The notes under the pieces are model-generated. The model ran no database searches. It was given only the letters and a program-made list of their open reading frames with translations, and was not told the DNA's origin. The translations under genes were made by a program, and so were the position numbers. A DNA stretch of 63,996 bases, filler included, from an uncultured Rhodopirellula sp. (GTDB lineage: Bacteria > Planctomycetota > Planctomycetia > Pirellulales > Pirellulaceae), in assembly GCA_964007735.1 (NCBI GenBank). It is 3 parts of 3 records of this genome, joined end to end, with 100 filler letters (N's around TTAATTAATTAA, not from the genome) between each part and the next. Parts side by side here need not be neighbours in the genome. Positions count along the whole stretch, not along the records: positions 27,593 to 54,376 come from CAXGAI010000055.1; 2 more parts are not named here. One strand, given 5' to 3'. Within the stretch, counting starts at the first letter, position 1. Each line of letters begins with the position of its first letter. Below, piece after piece: positions 32,257-42,058 of the stretch.

Positions 32257-33654
32257 TTACATAAGAAAGCGGTCAATAGCCCCTACTTGTTCCAATCGTT
32301 TCCGCTGCATCGTCAGATCTAGGTCGCCATAGTGCTCAATTGGATTACCGTAAGCGTTAAGTAATGTCGTATACCAATTGCTAAGAGTTTTGTGCCCTTG
32401 AGTACCATGAAACGGAAGTCGAATATAGCGGCCAGCTAAGTCTAGTTTTGAATTCCTGCCAGACAATAAGACCATAGGTGCTTCGGTGTCAGGCCCATGA
32501 TGTCCAGCGCCGGTTTCGGGCATATAAATGATCGTCGTGTTGTCAAACATCGTACCATCGCCTTCCGGAATGGCATTTAATTTAGTCACCATAGTTAACA
32601 GCTGCTTCACGTGATGCGTTTTAATTGCATCTCTCATTTCCGCGGCGTCGGAAATTTGACCTCCATGACCAATCTGGTGAATACTCGTTTTGGTTTTATT
32701 TTCTGGAAGCGAAGTAATATCCGTACCTAAATCGTCGATCGTATAAGTAACGACATTAGTTAGGCCCGTTGCTAGCGCTCCCACGATAATATCAGTAAAC
32801 GCTGAATGTTTCTGAGGAAGTGTGGCGTCTGCGCCTCCATTCGCATGGATTGCGTCAATTTCCGGCAGAAATTCTTTGATTTTGTCGCCTAAGGATTCAA
32901 CCTTGGAGTTTCGTTCACTTATGGATTGAAGCGACTTAACCTGATTGCCTATTTTTTCGCGCTCGTTTCCATCTAATCCTTTGAGCCGGCGTTTTTCCTG
33001 CTCTTGCAAGTAATCTAGTAATGCCAAGTCAGATTCTACTTCACTCGTATTGATGACCGACTTAAACAGTTCTTGATAGGCAGTCATTGGATCAGCGTAA
33101 CAGTAATTACGTTGTTTAGCCGCCGGCGCCGAATAGCCGGAGACGATACCAGTCCGATGGTCTCGCCCATGAGGTACGGCGAGCGACATCTCGACATGAC
33201 CAAACGGGGAAGGAAACAATTTGGCTAATTCGAAGTCCACGGTTGCCCATTTTATGTTGCTCAGAATATCTCGTCCGGCTTTATAAGCTCCCATGCAGCC
33301 TGAATAGGAATAATGCCCGCCCCCACTCACGGACATCGAGATGCCATGAAGGATTGTCATGTTGTCTTTGTAGTCGTTCAACCCGGCTAACCATTTAGGA
33401 AGATCATGCCTGGTTAAATCCACCTCAAAGGCTTCCTTCTGTTCATGCAGTTTCAATTCGTCGTTTGAAAAGCTGGGAAGCCCGAATTGACTAGTTAGGT
33501 TCCCGTTTGACTTCCGAACGAAGACAAATCTATGTGGAATCTCGTTTTCAGGCCCATTGGATGCCGCCCCAAGATGGTTGAACGAAGGCATCATCCCCAG
33601 ACTCGTTGTTCCGAAGGCAGTTCTTTTCAGTAATTCTCGTCGGTGTATCAACAT
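32257..33654 (-). CDS. DUF1552-family protein (divergent)
   Basis: RRELL leader, TVDFELA, PEGDGTMFDNT, LSNWYTTLL. Confidence 0.8.
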   Translation of the reverse strand: MLIHRRELLKRTAFGTTSLGMMPSFNHLGAASNGPENEIPHRFVFVRKSNGNLTSQFGLPSFSNDELKLHEQKEAFEVDLTRHDLPKWLAGLNDYKDNMTILHGISMSVSGGGHYSYSGCMGAYKAGRDILSNIKWATVDFELAKLFPSPFGHVEMSLAVPHGRDHRTGIVSGYSAPAAKQRNYCYADPMTAYQELFKSVINTSEVESDLALLDYLQEQEKRRLKGLDGNEREKIGNQVKSLQSISERNSKVESLGDKIKEFLPEIDAIHANGGADATLPQKHSAFTDIIVGALATGLTNVVTYTIDDLGTDITSLPENKTKTSIHQIGHGGQISDAAEMRDAIKTHHVKQLLTMVTKLNAIPEGDGTMFDNTTIIYMPETGAGHHGPDTEAPMVLLSGRNSKLDLAGRYIRLPFHGTQGHKTLSNWYTTLLNAYGNPIEHYGDLDLTMQRKRLEQVGAIDRFLM

Positions 33655-33657
33655 TAT

Positions 33658-36600
33658 TTAATCCTTGCTCATTTTTCGATAAATGAAGGAGTCGGAGGTC
33701 AGTAGTGATACAATCAGTTCATCAAAACTGCCACCGCTGTCGAGATAAGCTTTGTCTGCATCAATTAGTGTTTTGGAATCAGCCAACGTTTCATTTCGCC
33801 CCAAAAAGTACCGAAACGTATGACGAATAACGGACTGCCGAACCCTGTCGGATTTTGACAGACGTTCAATAAGGTCAAATGCGTCATCCACCTCGCCATC
33901 AAGATTGTCGTCGCCCGTACCGATTAGTCTCCCTTTAGGATCAACCGGAAGAGTTTTGTAAATCGGTAATGAAGCACCAAACTCGTTGGTTTGACCGCGA
34001 ACGGCCTCTCTGAGCACGTTCTCGGGATGCTCTAACCTCTCTTCAGTTCGGTATCGACCAAAGTCATCGAAAATCTCAAATGCAAACCCAAGTGGATCCA
34101 TTTGTTGATGACAACGCCAGCAATATGCGTCACCTGTGCGGATCTCCATCCGCTGCCTTAGTGTCTTGTGATGATCTGGTGGAATCACAGCATCAACCGT
34201 GATCGGTACATCCGGAATGATACCAGCAAGAAGTTTTTCGCGGATCCATTTACCTCGATGAATCGGATCCGTTTCTAGGTTTTGGGAATGAGCAATCAAC
34301 CAGGCCGGGTGCGTGAGAAATCCTTTGCGGTTAGGCATAACGGCTGGCTGTTGAACCGGATAATCCCAGGTTTTCCAGTCGAAATTCCAGTAAGAAGTTA
34401 CCTGCTCTCCTCGCATTTGCTGGCCCGTCCTCCCTAATACGTTACCACCATGCCAGAATCCCATCGCTACTTTCATATAAGGCATGCCGTTTGCCTGGCC
34501 TTCGCCAAAGTGAAGTTCTAATGCGGGCATCATTCTTTTCAACACGTTTAGCAGTGACTTCTCGTCGCCGCCTTGTGATTTTTTGAATTCCCAGATGGTC
34601 AACATAAACTCTTTATGAGGAGCAACATCTTTAGGTTCCCAAGTCTCCCAACTATATCTCTTGAAATACTCGTAAACTTTCTTCAAATCTTGTGACGCGG
34701 CCGTCATGGCCTCATTGTCACCGGAATGGTATACGAAGAACCTGTCAGTAGTGAGTAATTCTTCAATAACATTTTCATCCTCTTCAAGGATATATTCGAC
34801 CAGCATATCGGCCTCGTCTATTAATCGACTAACCGCTGGTTCGTGGCGACCCGCCCCAAATCGAGAGTCATCTTTGAATACTTTTTGAGCATTCGGGTAG
34901 CCAAAGAACTCTCTAAAGAAACGAAGTTTACGTATTGGTTGATTCGTTACACTGGGATTTAAATTCGCAGCTTGCACGTTTTCATCAATGACACTCCAAC
35001 GATCACGGCGTTTAAGAATCCGACGAATCTCTCTTTCATAGTCTTCCCTTGTGCTAAGCCTGCCCTCATCCACCGCTACTACCAGTTCTTTGTCCGGACT
35101 CGTGTCGGTCAAGGCGTACGCTAGTGCATAGCTCGCGTCACGCGAGGACATAAGTCGTCGTCCGTGCTCATCCGGCATTCCATGCCCAAACTCACTACGG
35201 TAAGCAAACTCAGTATTTAGAATCAACGATTCAATAAGCTTCCCGACAGCTTGTTGCCGATCGAGCTTTTTTAGATAAATCTTAAAAAGAATCGTGTTGT
35301 CTTTGATTTCATCATCAGTCGGATGGCGTTCAAAGATTTTCTTATATAGCTCTATAATTAATGGACGAATAGCACCATCGTCTGATTGCACCGTGGACTC
35401 AAGCTCAGCCTTAAAAGACGAGTCCCAGCCTTTGAGGCATTTATCAATAATTTCACGATAATGATCGCCTTGGCTACGGTGTTTCCTGATAGACAGGCTT
35501 ATGACAACCATCTCATCATCGCTGAGCGGGCTATATTTCGGTTGAGCATAATTCCCCTTTTTAATGTGGCTATATAGCTTATTCATGTCCCAGGTGTCAT
35601 AGAACAGCTTCATCGTAGTGATGCGATTCTTAATCCGGTAATCAGTCACACCCTCTCTAAACCAAGCAAGTTCACATTGCCGGATAATATAATCGAACTC
35701 ACTAAGATCCGACTCTCTGTACGGAGCCCAGACCCGATTCCCTTGAAGATCGAGCCTCCCCTCCGACACCACTTCCTCGACCCGATAATCAGATCGCATG
35801 TAGGTCGCAATTCCCTGCAGAATACTTTGAATATCTTCGTGATCAAATCGTTCAAGAAATTCAAGGTTATCATGCCGTTTCTGAATCCCATTGCGTGTAT
35901 GTTTGGGAGGCCCTGGGTAGGGGATATTCTTAGGGACGTAATTTGGCAGTAATCCATCGTGTTGCTTACCATAAATAGTTTGGAGGAGTTGTTCCATGAA
36001 CGACGGTGTCTTTAAGAATTCCTCGCGGGCCCGAACAGTTTCACGATGGCTTAATTCTGCTTCCATGAACTCGTACATTGCGGGATAATGTGACTTCATA
36101 ATCATCTCGGATGACATGTGTTCGGCTACACGTTTGGCATTGCCAACCATCGTCAACAAATGCCCTGTTGTCAAACTTGGGTACGCGCCGTAACGCACGC
36201 CGACTTTTTCCGGTAGTAAAAACGGGTTGGTAATGGTCCTGCGAAACTTGTTACCTCGCTCGGTTTTCGGACTCCAATGGACGCCGCTATCTCCTAAAAC
36301 ATCATAGGACTTTCCATAAATCGAACGGGTCGGGCTGTAATTCAACAATCGATTCATTTTGTCATTAAAAATGAACTCGCTTACTATCCATCTGCGATCG
36401 ATGGTGAAACCTGGCAAGTTGCTATATTTGCCGGAAAATAAGTCATTGTGATCAACAACATTTCCATACTCAAACCTCTGCAATTTCTCTTCAAGCGCCT
36501 TCGCTGTTTGGCCCGTAAGCTGGCTATTTAGCCATTGAGACAACAACTCTCGCTCATCTTTCGTTGGCTGTTTAGAGTCTGCAGGAGGCATTTCACCAAG

Positions 36601-36894
36601 AGATATGACGTCCTGCATTTTCTCAAATAGAGTCTTACGCTTAACTGGATCCATTAATTCAAGTTGGTCTAGTCGCAGATTTTGCTCTGGTTTGCTAGCA
36701 CCATGGCAGGCCGAACAATAGGCTTTCAGTATGATGGTAGACTTTTCCTCTACCTCAACAAGATTAGATTGGCCTCCCTGCGTTTTGTTGGCCTCTGCAG
36801 CAACAGTAAGGGACTGAGGATGGAATGGCGTGCTACGGTAAGCCAAAAGGACAACCAAGGCGATAATCCCTAAGGCATGTGTTAACCTTCTCAT
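33658..36894 (-). CDS. DUF1588-type planctomycete cytochrome c protein
   Basis: CSACHG...MPP, RKGFLTHPAW, DPIHRGKWI, CWRCH..MDPLG. The start could extend to 36948. Confidence 0.85.
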   Translation of the reverse strand: MRRLTHALGIIALVVLLAYRSTPFHPQSLTVAAEANKTQGGQSNLVEVEEKSTIILKAYCSACHGASKPEQNLRLDQLELMDPVKRKTLFEKMQDVISLGEMPPADSKQPTKDERELLSQWLNSQLTGQTAKALEEKLQRFEYGNVVDHNDLFSGKYSNLPGFTIDRRWIVSEFIFNDKMNRLLNYSPTRSIYGKSYDVLGDSGVHWSPKTERGNKFRRTITNPFLLPEKVGVRYGAYPSLTTGHLLTMVGNAKRVAEHMSSEMIMKSHYPAMYEFMEAELSHRETVRAREEFLKTPSFMEQLLQTIYGKQHDGLLPNYVPKNIPYPGPPKHTRNGIQKRHDNLEFLERFDHEDIQSILQGIATYMRSDYRVEEVVSEGRLDLQGNRVWAPYRESDLSEFDYIIRQCELAWFREGVTDYRIKNRITTMKLFYDTWDMNKLYSHIKKGNYAQPKYSPLSDDEMVVISLSIRKHRSQGDHYREIIDKCLKGWDSSFKAELESTVQSDDGAIRPLIIELYKKIFERHPTDDEIKDNTILFKIYLKKLDRQQAVGKLIESLILNTEFAYRSEFGHGMPDEHGRRLMSSRDASYALAYALTDTSPDKELVVAVDEGRLSTREDYEREIRRILKRRDRWSVIDENVQAANLNPSVTNQPIRKLRFFREFFGYPNAQKVFKDDSRFGAGRHEPAVSRLIDEADMLVEYILEEDENVIEELLTTDRFFVYHSGDNEAMTAASQDLKKVYEYFKRYSWETWEPKDVAPHKEFMLTIWEFKKSQGGDEKSLLNVLKRMMPALELHFGEGQANGMPYMKVAMGFWHGGNVLGRTGQQMRGEQVTSYWNFDWKTWDYPVQQPAVMPNRKGFLTHPAWLIAHSQNLETDPIHRGKWIREKLLAGIIPDVPITVDAVIPPDHHKTLRQRMEIRTGDAYCWRCHQQMDPLGFAFEIFDDFGRYRTEERLEHPENVLREAVRGQTNEFGASLPIYKTLPVDPKGRLIGTGDDNLDGEVDDAFDLIERLSKSDRVRQSVIRHTFRYFLGRNETLADSKTLIDADKAYLDSGGSFDELIVSLLTSDSFIYRKMSKD

Positions 36895-37430
36895 TCTACA
36901 TATTCCGATTCTCGATTTACTTTCGCTTGCGAAAAGGTGTAACACCAATTCGACATCATAGCAAAAGCCTTAAACTCGTGAAGGGACAATTCTTATGCGT
37001 ACAAGCGTTTCTAATACGACAAACCAGATTACGGACATTAACCGATAGGGGCATTTTTGTATTACAAATACGCATCCAAAGGCAGACGGGATTCTACTAC
37101 GGACATATCGAAATCAAACACCGAATTCTACTTCAGTTTCGCCTGAAAGATGCGACTTACCTTTCACGATAATAATGTAGATCAGGCGTACGATTTCTCA
37201 CCTCCTGATGCTCGACTTTCGCATTCCTGACGGTTTACCAATTACGCTGGATTATTGAGGCTTAGTGACTCAAGCACAAGCAAACTAGCCAGAACACGTA
37301 GTTTCTGGGATAGTAGTCCTGACTAAAGAGGCATAACGAATTGCAGCAGGTTCCTACCAATCATGCTCAGACACAACGTTTTACTTCCTTGGCACCTCAA
37401 CACCTATTGCGATCTACCTTACGAACAACC

Positions 37431-39932
37431 ATGCAACAAATATTTTATCTATTCCTTATATTGCTTCTGCACGACGCATCTTTGCTCGCGACTGACCGTA
37501 GCACTACGGACGGGTCTGAGTTCGCATCCACAATACGACCGCTGCTAAATTCGTACTGCATCAAGTGTCATGGACCGGCGACGGTTAAGGGTGAATTAGC
37601 AATGCATATTCTGGGCGATTTGCAGGATGGACGTGACATAGAACAGTGGGAGAAAATTCTTAACAAGCTCGAAAGTGGGGAGATGCCACCCGAAGGCGAG
37701 ACACAACCTAACCCTGTCGAGAAACGAGATTTTATCACCTGGATCGATAACGCCCTGCGAATGTACGTCGCAAAAACGGAGGACAGCGCCATCACTCCGA
37801 CGACCCGAAGGCTAACTAACTTCGAATATAACAATACGATGCGTGACTTACTCGGCTTTGAGCTAAACCTGATCAAGAACCTTCCAAAAGACCCCATCAA
37901 ACCATACGTTTTCAACAACACCGCGGAGTTTATGCGAATCGGCCCGGAACAAATGGATCGTTACAAGGAAAACGCTCGCCGAGCCATGGCTAGTGCTATT
38001 GTTAACCCGTCTGATCCCGAAATTCATAAAACGCGCCGAGAATGGGAGCCACGCGGAGGTAGTCCGACGGAAATCCAGTTCGACGAGTTACAAGGTAGGC
38101 GCGGATCGCCCGGCGGTGGTATGGGAATCAAAAGCTGGCCTGAAACGGGTGAGTTTCGAATCAGAATCAAGTCGGCTGCAATCATGCCAAAAGGCGTCAC
38201 GCAAGTGCCATTGAGTCTGGTCATGGGAAGCAATATTAATGAAAACTCCTCAACTTTGCTTGTAGAACCCGTTGGAACGGTCGCAGTAACCCAAAATATC
38301 GACAATCCGCAGGTGTTTGAATTCCGCGGGCGAATCGAAAACTTTCCACCTCGCGTTATCACCGCAAACGGAAAAGTTAGCTATCGTCTGACCGTTACCC
38401 CACAGAATCTTTACGATGATGGTCGACTTAATGACAACCTCAACCGATTGGCTCGACCTCGCCTCGTCGTGAAGTGGATTGACTTTGAAGCCCCAGTTTT
38501 TGAGACCTGGCCCCCCCCATATCACACGACAATTCTATTTGACTCGCCCTTACGAAAAAGCGATCCGAACGCTTACGTCAGAGCGGTTTTGGAACGATTT
38601 ATGATTCGGGCCTTTCGTCGTCCGGTTCATCAAGACGAAGTGGACACGTATGTAAAGATTTACGAGATCGTGTCGCTGGACTTACCAACAATTGAGGAAG
38701 CGATGAGGGAGACCCTCGCGATGGTTTTGATCTCGCCCGACTTCCTGTATCATAGCGTCACAAAAACACGCGACCAGAATTCTCAATATGAACTGGCCTC
38801 CAAGTTATCCTACTTCCTATGGGGTTCGATGCCCGATGAAACGCTGTTTCGTTTAGCTAAAACCGGGAAGCTTACCGAGACAACGGTGATTGACCAACAA
38901 GTCAGACGGATGTTGAAGGACGAGCGATCACGCGATTTTGTTCGCAACTTCACATTGCAATGGCTGTCAATCGAAAAGATGAAGCAGGTCAAGATCAACA
39001 GCCAACTCTTCCCCCGTTTTCTATATTACGTAGGTGCCGGTGAACGCCGAGGCACTGAAGTTCCTTACCGGCCCACGATAAGGGACGACATGTTGGAAGA
39101 GTCCGTCGCTTTCATTGCAGAGTTAATCAAACGAAATGCCAGCATCCTTAGTATCGTCAATTCAGATTTTGCCATGCTTAATCAGCGACTGGCCGCACAT
39201 TACGGCGTTGCCAACGTCCAGGGGCATGAACTGCGACCTGTCCCGATTAAACCCGAGCATCGACTGGGCGGTTTACTTACACAAGGATCCGTGTTGATTG
39301 CCAACAGCACAGGATCGGCTCCTCATCCAATCTACCGCGCAGTCTGGTTGCGTGAGGCGATCTTGGGAGAGGAGGTGAAAGAACCGCCCGCAGAGGTCCC
39401 TGCGCTTTCCGACTCAGCCGGTGAATCGGCCGAAATAGCTTTGTCGATCAAGGATTTACTAGCAAAACACCGTCAAGACGAAAGCTGCAATGAGTGTCAT
39501 CGACAGCTGGACCCATGGGGCATACCGTTTGAACGCTACAACGCCATCGGGAGATATCAGCCCCTCGTTCCTAAGGATGGTACCCGCGTGCGAGGCGTTC
39601 GACATCCTTACCATGGCAAAGAAACCTTGAGTGAATACCTCTCCTACTTAAAGACGATCAATACCGAGATAGTAGAAGCTGATACTCGCGTGCCGCAGGG
39701 ACCAAATCTCGATGGGATGTCTGATCTCAAGGAGCACATTCTTGCTAAACGAAAAGAGGACGTTGTTGAAAACCTTATTCGTCGATTGCTTACCTATGGT
39801 TTAGGGAGAGATTTGACCTATCGTGATCGTTACGATGTAGAAGAACTGTTGGAAAAGTCGAAGAAGAATGAGTACAAATTGTTGGACACGATCATTTCGA
39901 TCTGCCAGAGCAAAGCATTTTTAGGACACTGA
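37431..39932 (+). CDS. DUF1592/DUF1588 planctomycete cytochrome c protein
   Basis: CIKCHG, RRLTNFEYNNT, ELASKLSYFLW, HPIYRAVW, CNECH. The start could extend to 37341. Confidence 0.9.
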   Translation: MQQIFYLFLILLLHDASLLATDRSTTDGSEFASTIRPLLNSYCIKCHGPATVKGELAMHILGDLQDGRDIEQWEKILNKLESGEMPPEGETQPNPVEKRDFITWIDNALRMYVAKTEDSAITPTTRRLTNFEYNNTMRDLLGFELNLIKNLPKDPIKPYVFNNTAEFMRIGPEQMDRYKENARRAMASAIVNPSDPEIHKTRREWEPRGGSPTEIQFDELQGRRGSPGGGMGIKSWPETGEFRIRIKSAAIMPKGVTQVPLSLVMGSNINENSSTLLVEPVGTVAVTQNIDNPQVFEFRGRIENFPPRVITANGKVSYRLTVTPQNLYDDGRLNDNLNRLARPRLVVKWIDFEAPVFETWPPPYHTTILFDSPLRKSDPNAYVRAVLERFMIRAFRRPVHQDEVDTYVKIYEIVSLDLPTIEEAMRETLAMVLISPDFLYHSVTKTRDQNSQYELASKLSYFLWGSMPDETLFRLAKTGKLTETTVIDQQVRRMLKDERSRDFVRNFTLQWLSIEKMKQVKINSQLFPRFLYYVGAGERRGTEVPYRPTIRDDMLEESVAFIAELIKRNASILSIVNSDFAMLNQRLAAHYGVANVQGHELRPVPIKPEHRLGGLLTQGSVLIANSTGSAPHPIYRAVWLREAILGEEVKEPPAEVPALSDSAGESAEIALSIKDLLAKHRQDESCNECHRQLDPWGIPFERYNAIGRYQPLVPKDGTRVRGVRHPYHGKETLSEYLSYLKTINTEIVEADTRVPQGPNLDGMSDLKEHILAKRKEDVVENLIRRLLTYGLGRDLTYRDRYDVEELLEKSKKNEYKLLDTIISICQSKAFLGH

Positions 39933-39938
39933 TGATTC

Positions 39939-41315
39939 ATGACAAATAGACCCTGGCACTTAAATCGACGAGAGATGCTTCGCGCACCTGGTTTGGCATT
40001 GTCACTGCCGCTGCTTGAGTCGATGCTGCAAACCAAATCCGCATTAGGCGACACGCTGGCTTCCCAAACTCTGCCTAAACGGATGGTAGTAAGTTATTTC
40101 TCGTACGGTGCCTACATGCCCAACGGCGCTAACGGTGTGCAGGACATGAAACGTCCCCACGATGAATGGAGCTGGTGGCCTTGCAAAGAGCAAGGGGAAC
40201 TCACGTTTAACAAGAACTCCGCGCCTTTTGAACCGTTCAAAAATGAAGTGAGCTACCTCGAAGGACTCGACCATGCGGGCGGATGGAGTTTAGGCGGGCA
40301 TAGCAGCGGCGACGTTTTCGCCACCGGCGCTGACATGAAGGAGCACGAAAAGACGAACAACATTTCCATTGATCAGGCCGCGGCGCGAGTCATGGGGCAC
40401 CATACGCGATACCCATCGCTTGTCATGGGATCCGAAGGCGGAACCGGTTCGTATGGAGCCAGTAAGACCCTGTCGCACTACGGTCCGGGACGCCCGATCC
40501 CCGCGATGCACAGTCCGCAGGATATCTTTAATCGCCTCTTCAAGCCATACGACGGCAAAAGTATCGAGCAAGTACGTGCCGAACTGACGCGCGAAAGGTC
40601 TGTCCTAGACCTGCTGATGTCACAGTCTAAGAGCTTAAACAATCGGTTAGGCCACGCAGATCAACGGAAGATGGAAGAGTATCTCGAATCCATCCGAGCG
40701 CTTGAGAAGCGTGTCGATCGCACGACCGACTGGACCAAAACACCTCTACCAAACGTCGACCCGACGAAGTTCAAACTGGACGCCAGCTATAAGGACCCGC
40801 AGGAGTATCTGCGGTGCATGTATGATTTGTTGTTTGTTGCCCTGCAGACGGATACGACGCGTTTTGCAACTTTCCAAACGGAAAGCGAAAATTCATCTCA
40901 AAGTGAACTGTGGAACTTCGCTAATTATGTATTAGGTTACAAAGGGGCCACGCATGACATTGCACACAAACGACCAAAGGATTACTCGGGGCAGTGGGAT
41001 CAATGGCGCAACAATCAACACGCTTACTTCCTGCAACGCTTAAAAGATACGCCGGAAGGCGATGGCAATATGTTAGATAACACGATTGTGCTCTGGGGCT
41101 GTGGCCATCCACACGCCTCGCATAGCACACGCAACTACCCGATACAATTAGCAGGCGGCACCAACCTCGGCTTTAAGCATGGTAAACTTCACAAGTTTAT
41201 CGGTGACAAGAAAGTACCGCTGGCCAACCTGTTTGTTTCAATGCTCAACGCGGTCGACGTCCCGGTCAAACAGTTCGCAGATAGCACCGGTCCCATGACA
41301 GAACTACGAGGCTGA
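39939..41315 (+). CDS. DUF1552 protein
   Basis: RREML...LSLPLLESM, SIDQAAA, PEGDGNMLDNT, LANLFVSML. Confidence 0.9.
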   Translation: MTNRPWHLNRREMLRAPGLALSLPLLESMLQTKSALGDTLASQTLPKRMVVSYFSYGAYMPNGANGVQDMKRPHDEWSWWPCKEQGELTFNKNSAPFEPFKNEVSYLEGLDHAGGWSLGGHSSGDVFATGADMKEHEKTNNISIDQAAARVMGHHTRYPSLVMGSEGGTGSYGASKTLSHYGPGRPIPAMHSPQDIFNRLFKPYDGKSIEQVRAELTRERSVLDLLMSQSKSLNNRLGHADQRKMEEYLESIRALEKRVDRTTDWTKTPLPNVDPTKFKLDASYKDPQEYLRCMYDLLFVALQTDTTRFATFQTESENSSQSELWNFANYVLGYKGATHDIAHKRPKDYSGQWDQWRNNQHAYFLQRLKDTPEGDGNMLDNTIVLWGCGHPHASHSTRNYPIQLAGGTNLGFKHGKLHKFIGDKKVPLANLFVSMLNAVDVPVKQFADSTGPMTELRG

Positions 41316-41318
41316 CAC

Positions 41319-42002
41319 ATGCACGCCGCGACCCATTTAGCTTCGCTCACACTATCTGTCATTTTCCTACTCAATACCTTTAATGGTTCGACCCGAGTGT
41401 TTGCTGAGGAAAACCTGCCACGTGTCCTGATTATTGGGGACAGCATCTATAACACACCGTCACGCTCGGCAGCGGAAGAATTAAAAGGTCGCGTAGAAGT
41501 TGTCTGGAAGTACGAAGTTTCAAGTTTCCACTCAGGCTCGGCATTGGAACACTTCGATGAATTGCTCGGCGACACTAAGTGGGATCTTGTTCATTTCAAT
41601 TTCGGTCTCACAGATCTGATGTATAGAGACCCGAACACCAAGACCATACGGGCGATGAGTAAAGAAGCCGGAGGGGTTCGGGTTACCTCGCCTGCCTTAT
41701 ACGAGCAACACCTTCGCCAACTAGTCACGCGTTTTCAAGCAACTGGCGCTAAGTTAGTCTGGGCAAGCACCACTCCGATCAAAACTGACTACAACGGGGT
41801 TTTAGATTCAGGCTCAGAGATCGAATACAACCGGATTGCAGCCCAGATCATGAAAGAAAAGGGTGTCGCGATCAATGACATGCACGCCTACATCAATGCC
41901 AGCGAAGTTGCGCTAAAAAGTAATAATCCACTTTCATTTAATCGCCATCCACTTCATCCTCCCATTGTCCAAAGTATTATCACTATATTGAAGCTGGATT
42001 AA
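41319..42002 (+). CDS. SGNH/GDSL hydrolase family protein
   Basis: LIIGDSI, HFNFGL.D, WASTTP. The C-terminal DxxH motif is degenerate. Confidence 0.8.
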   Translation: MHAATHLASLTLSVIFLLNTFNGSTRVFAEENLPRVLIIGDSIYNTPSRSAAEELKGRVEVVWKYEVSSFHSGSALEHFDELLGDTKWDLVHFNFGLTDLMYRDPNTKTIRAMSKEAGGVRVTSPALYEQHLRQLVTRFQATGAKLVWASTTPIKTDYNGVLDSGSEIEYNRIAAQIMKEKGVAINDMHAYINASEVALKSNNPLSFNRHPLHPPIVQSIITILKLD

Positions 42003-42058
42003 TGATGCGGGGCCTAATGGGCACGCCGAAGGCTTCTTTAACAACATCTAGGACGATC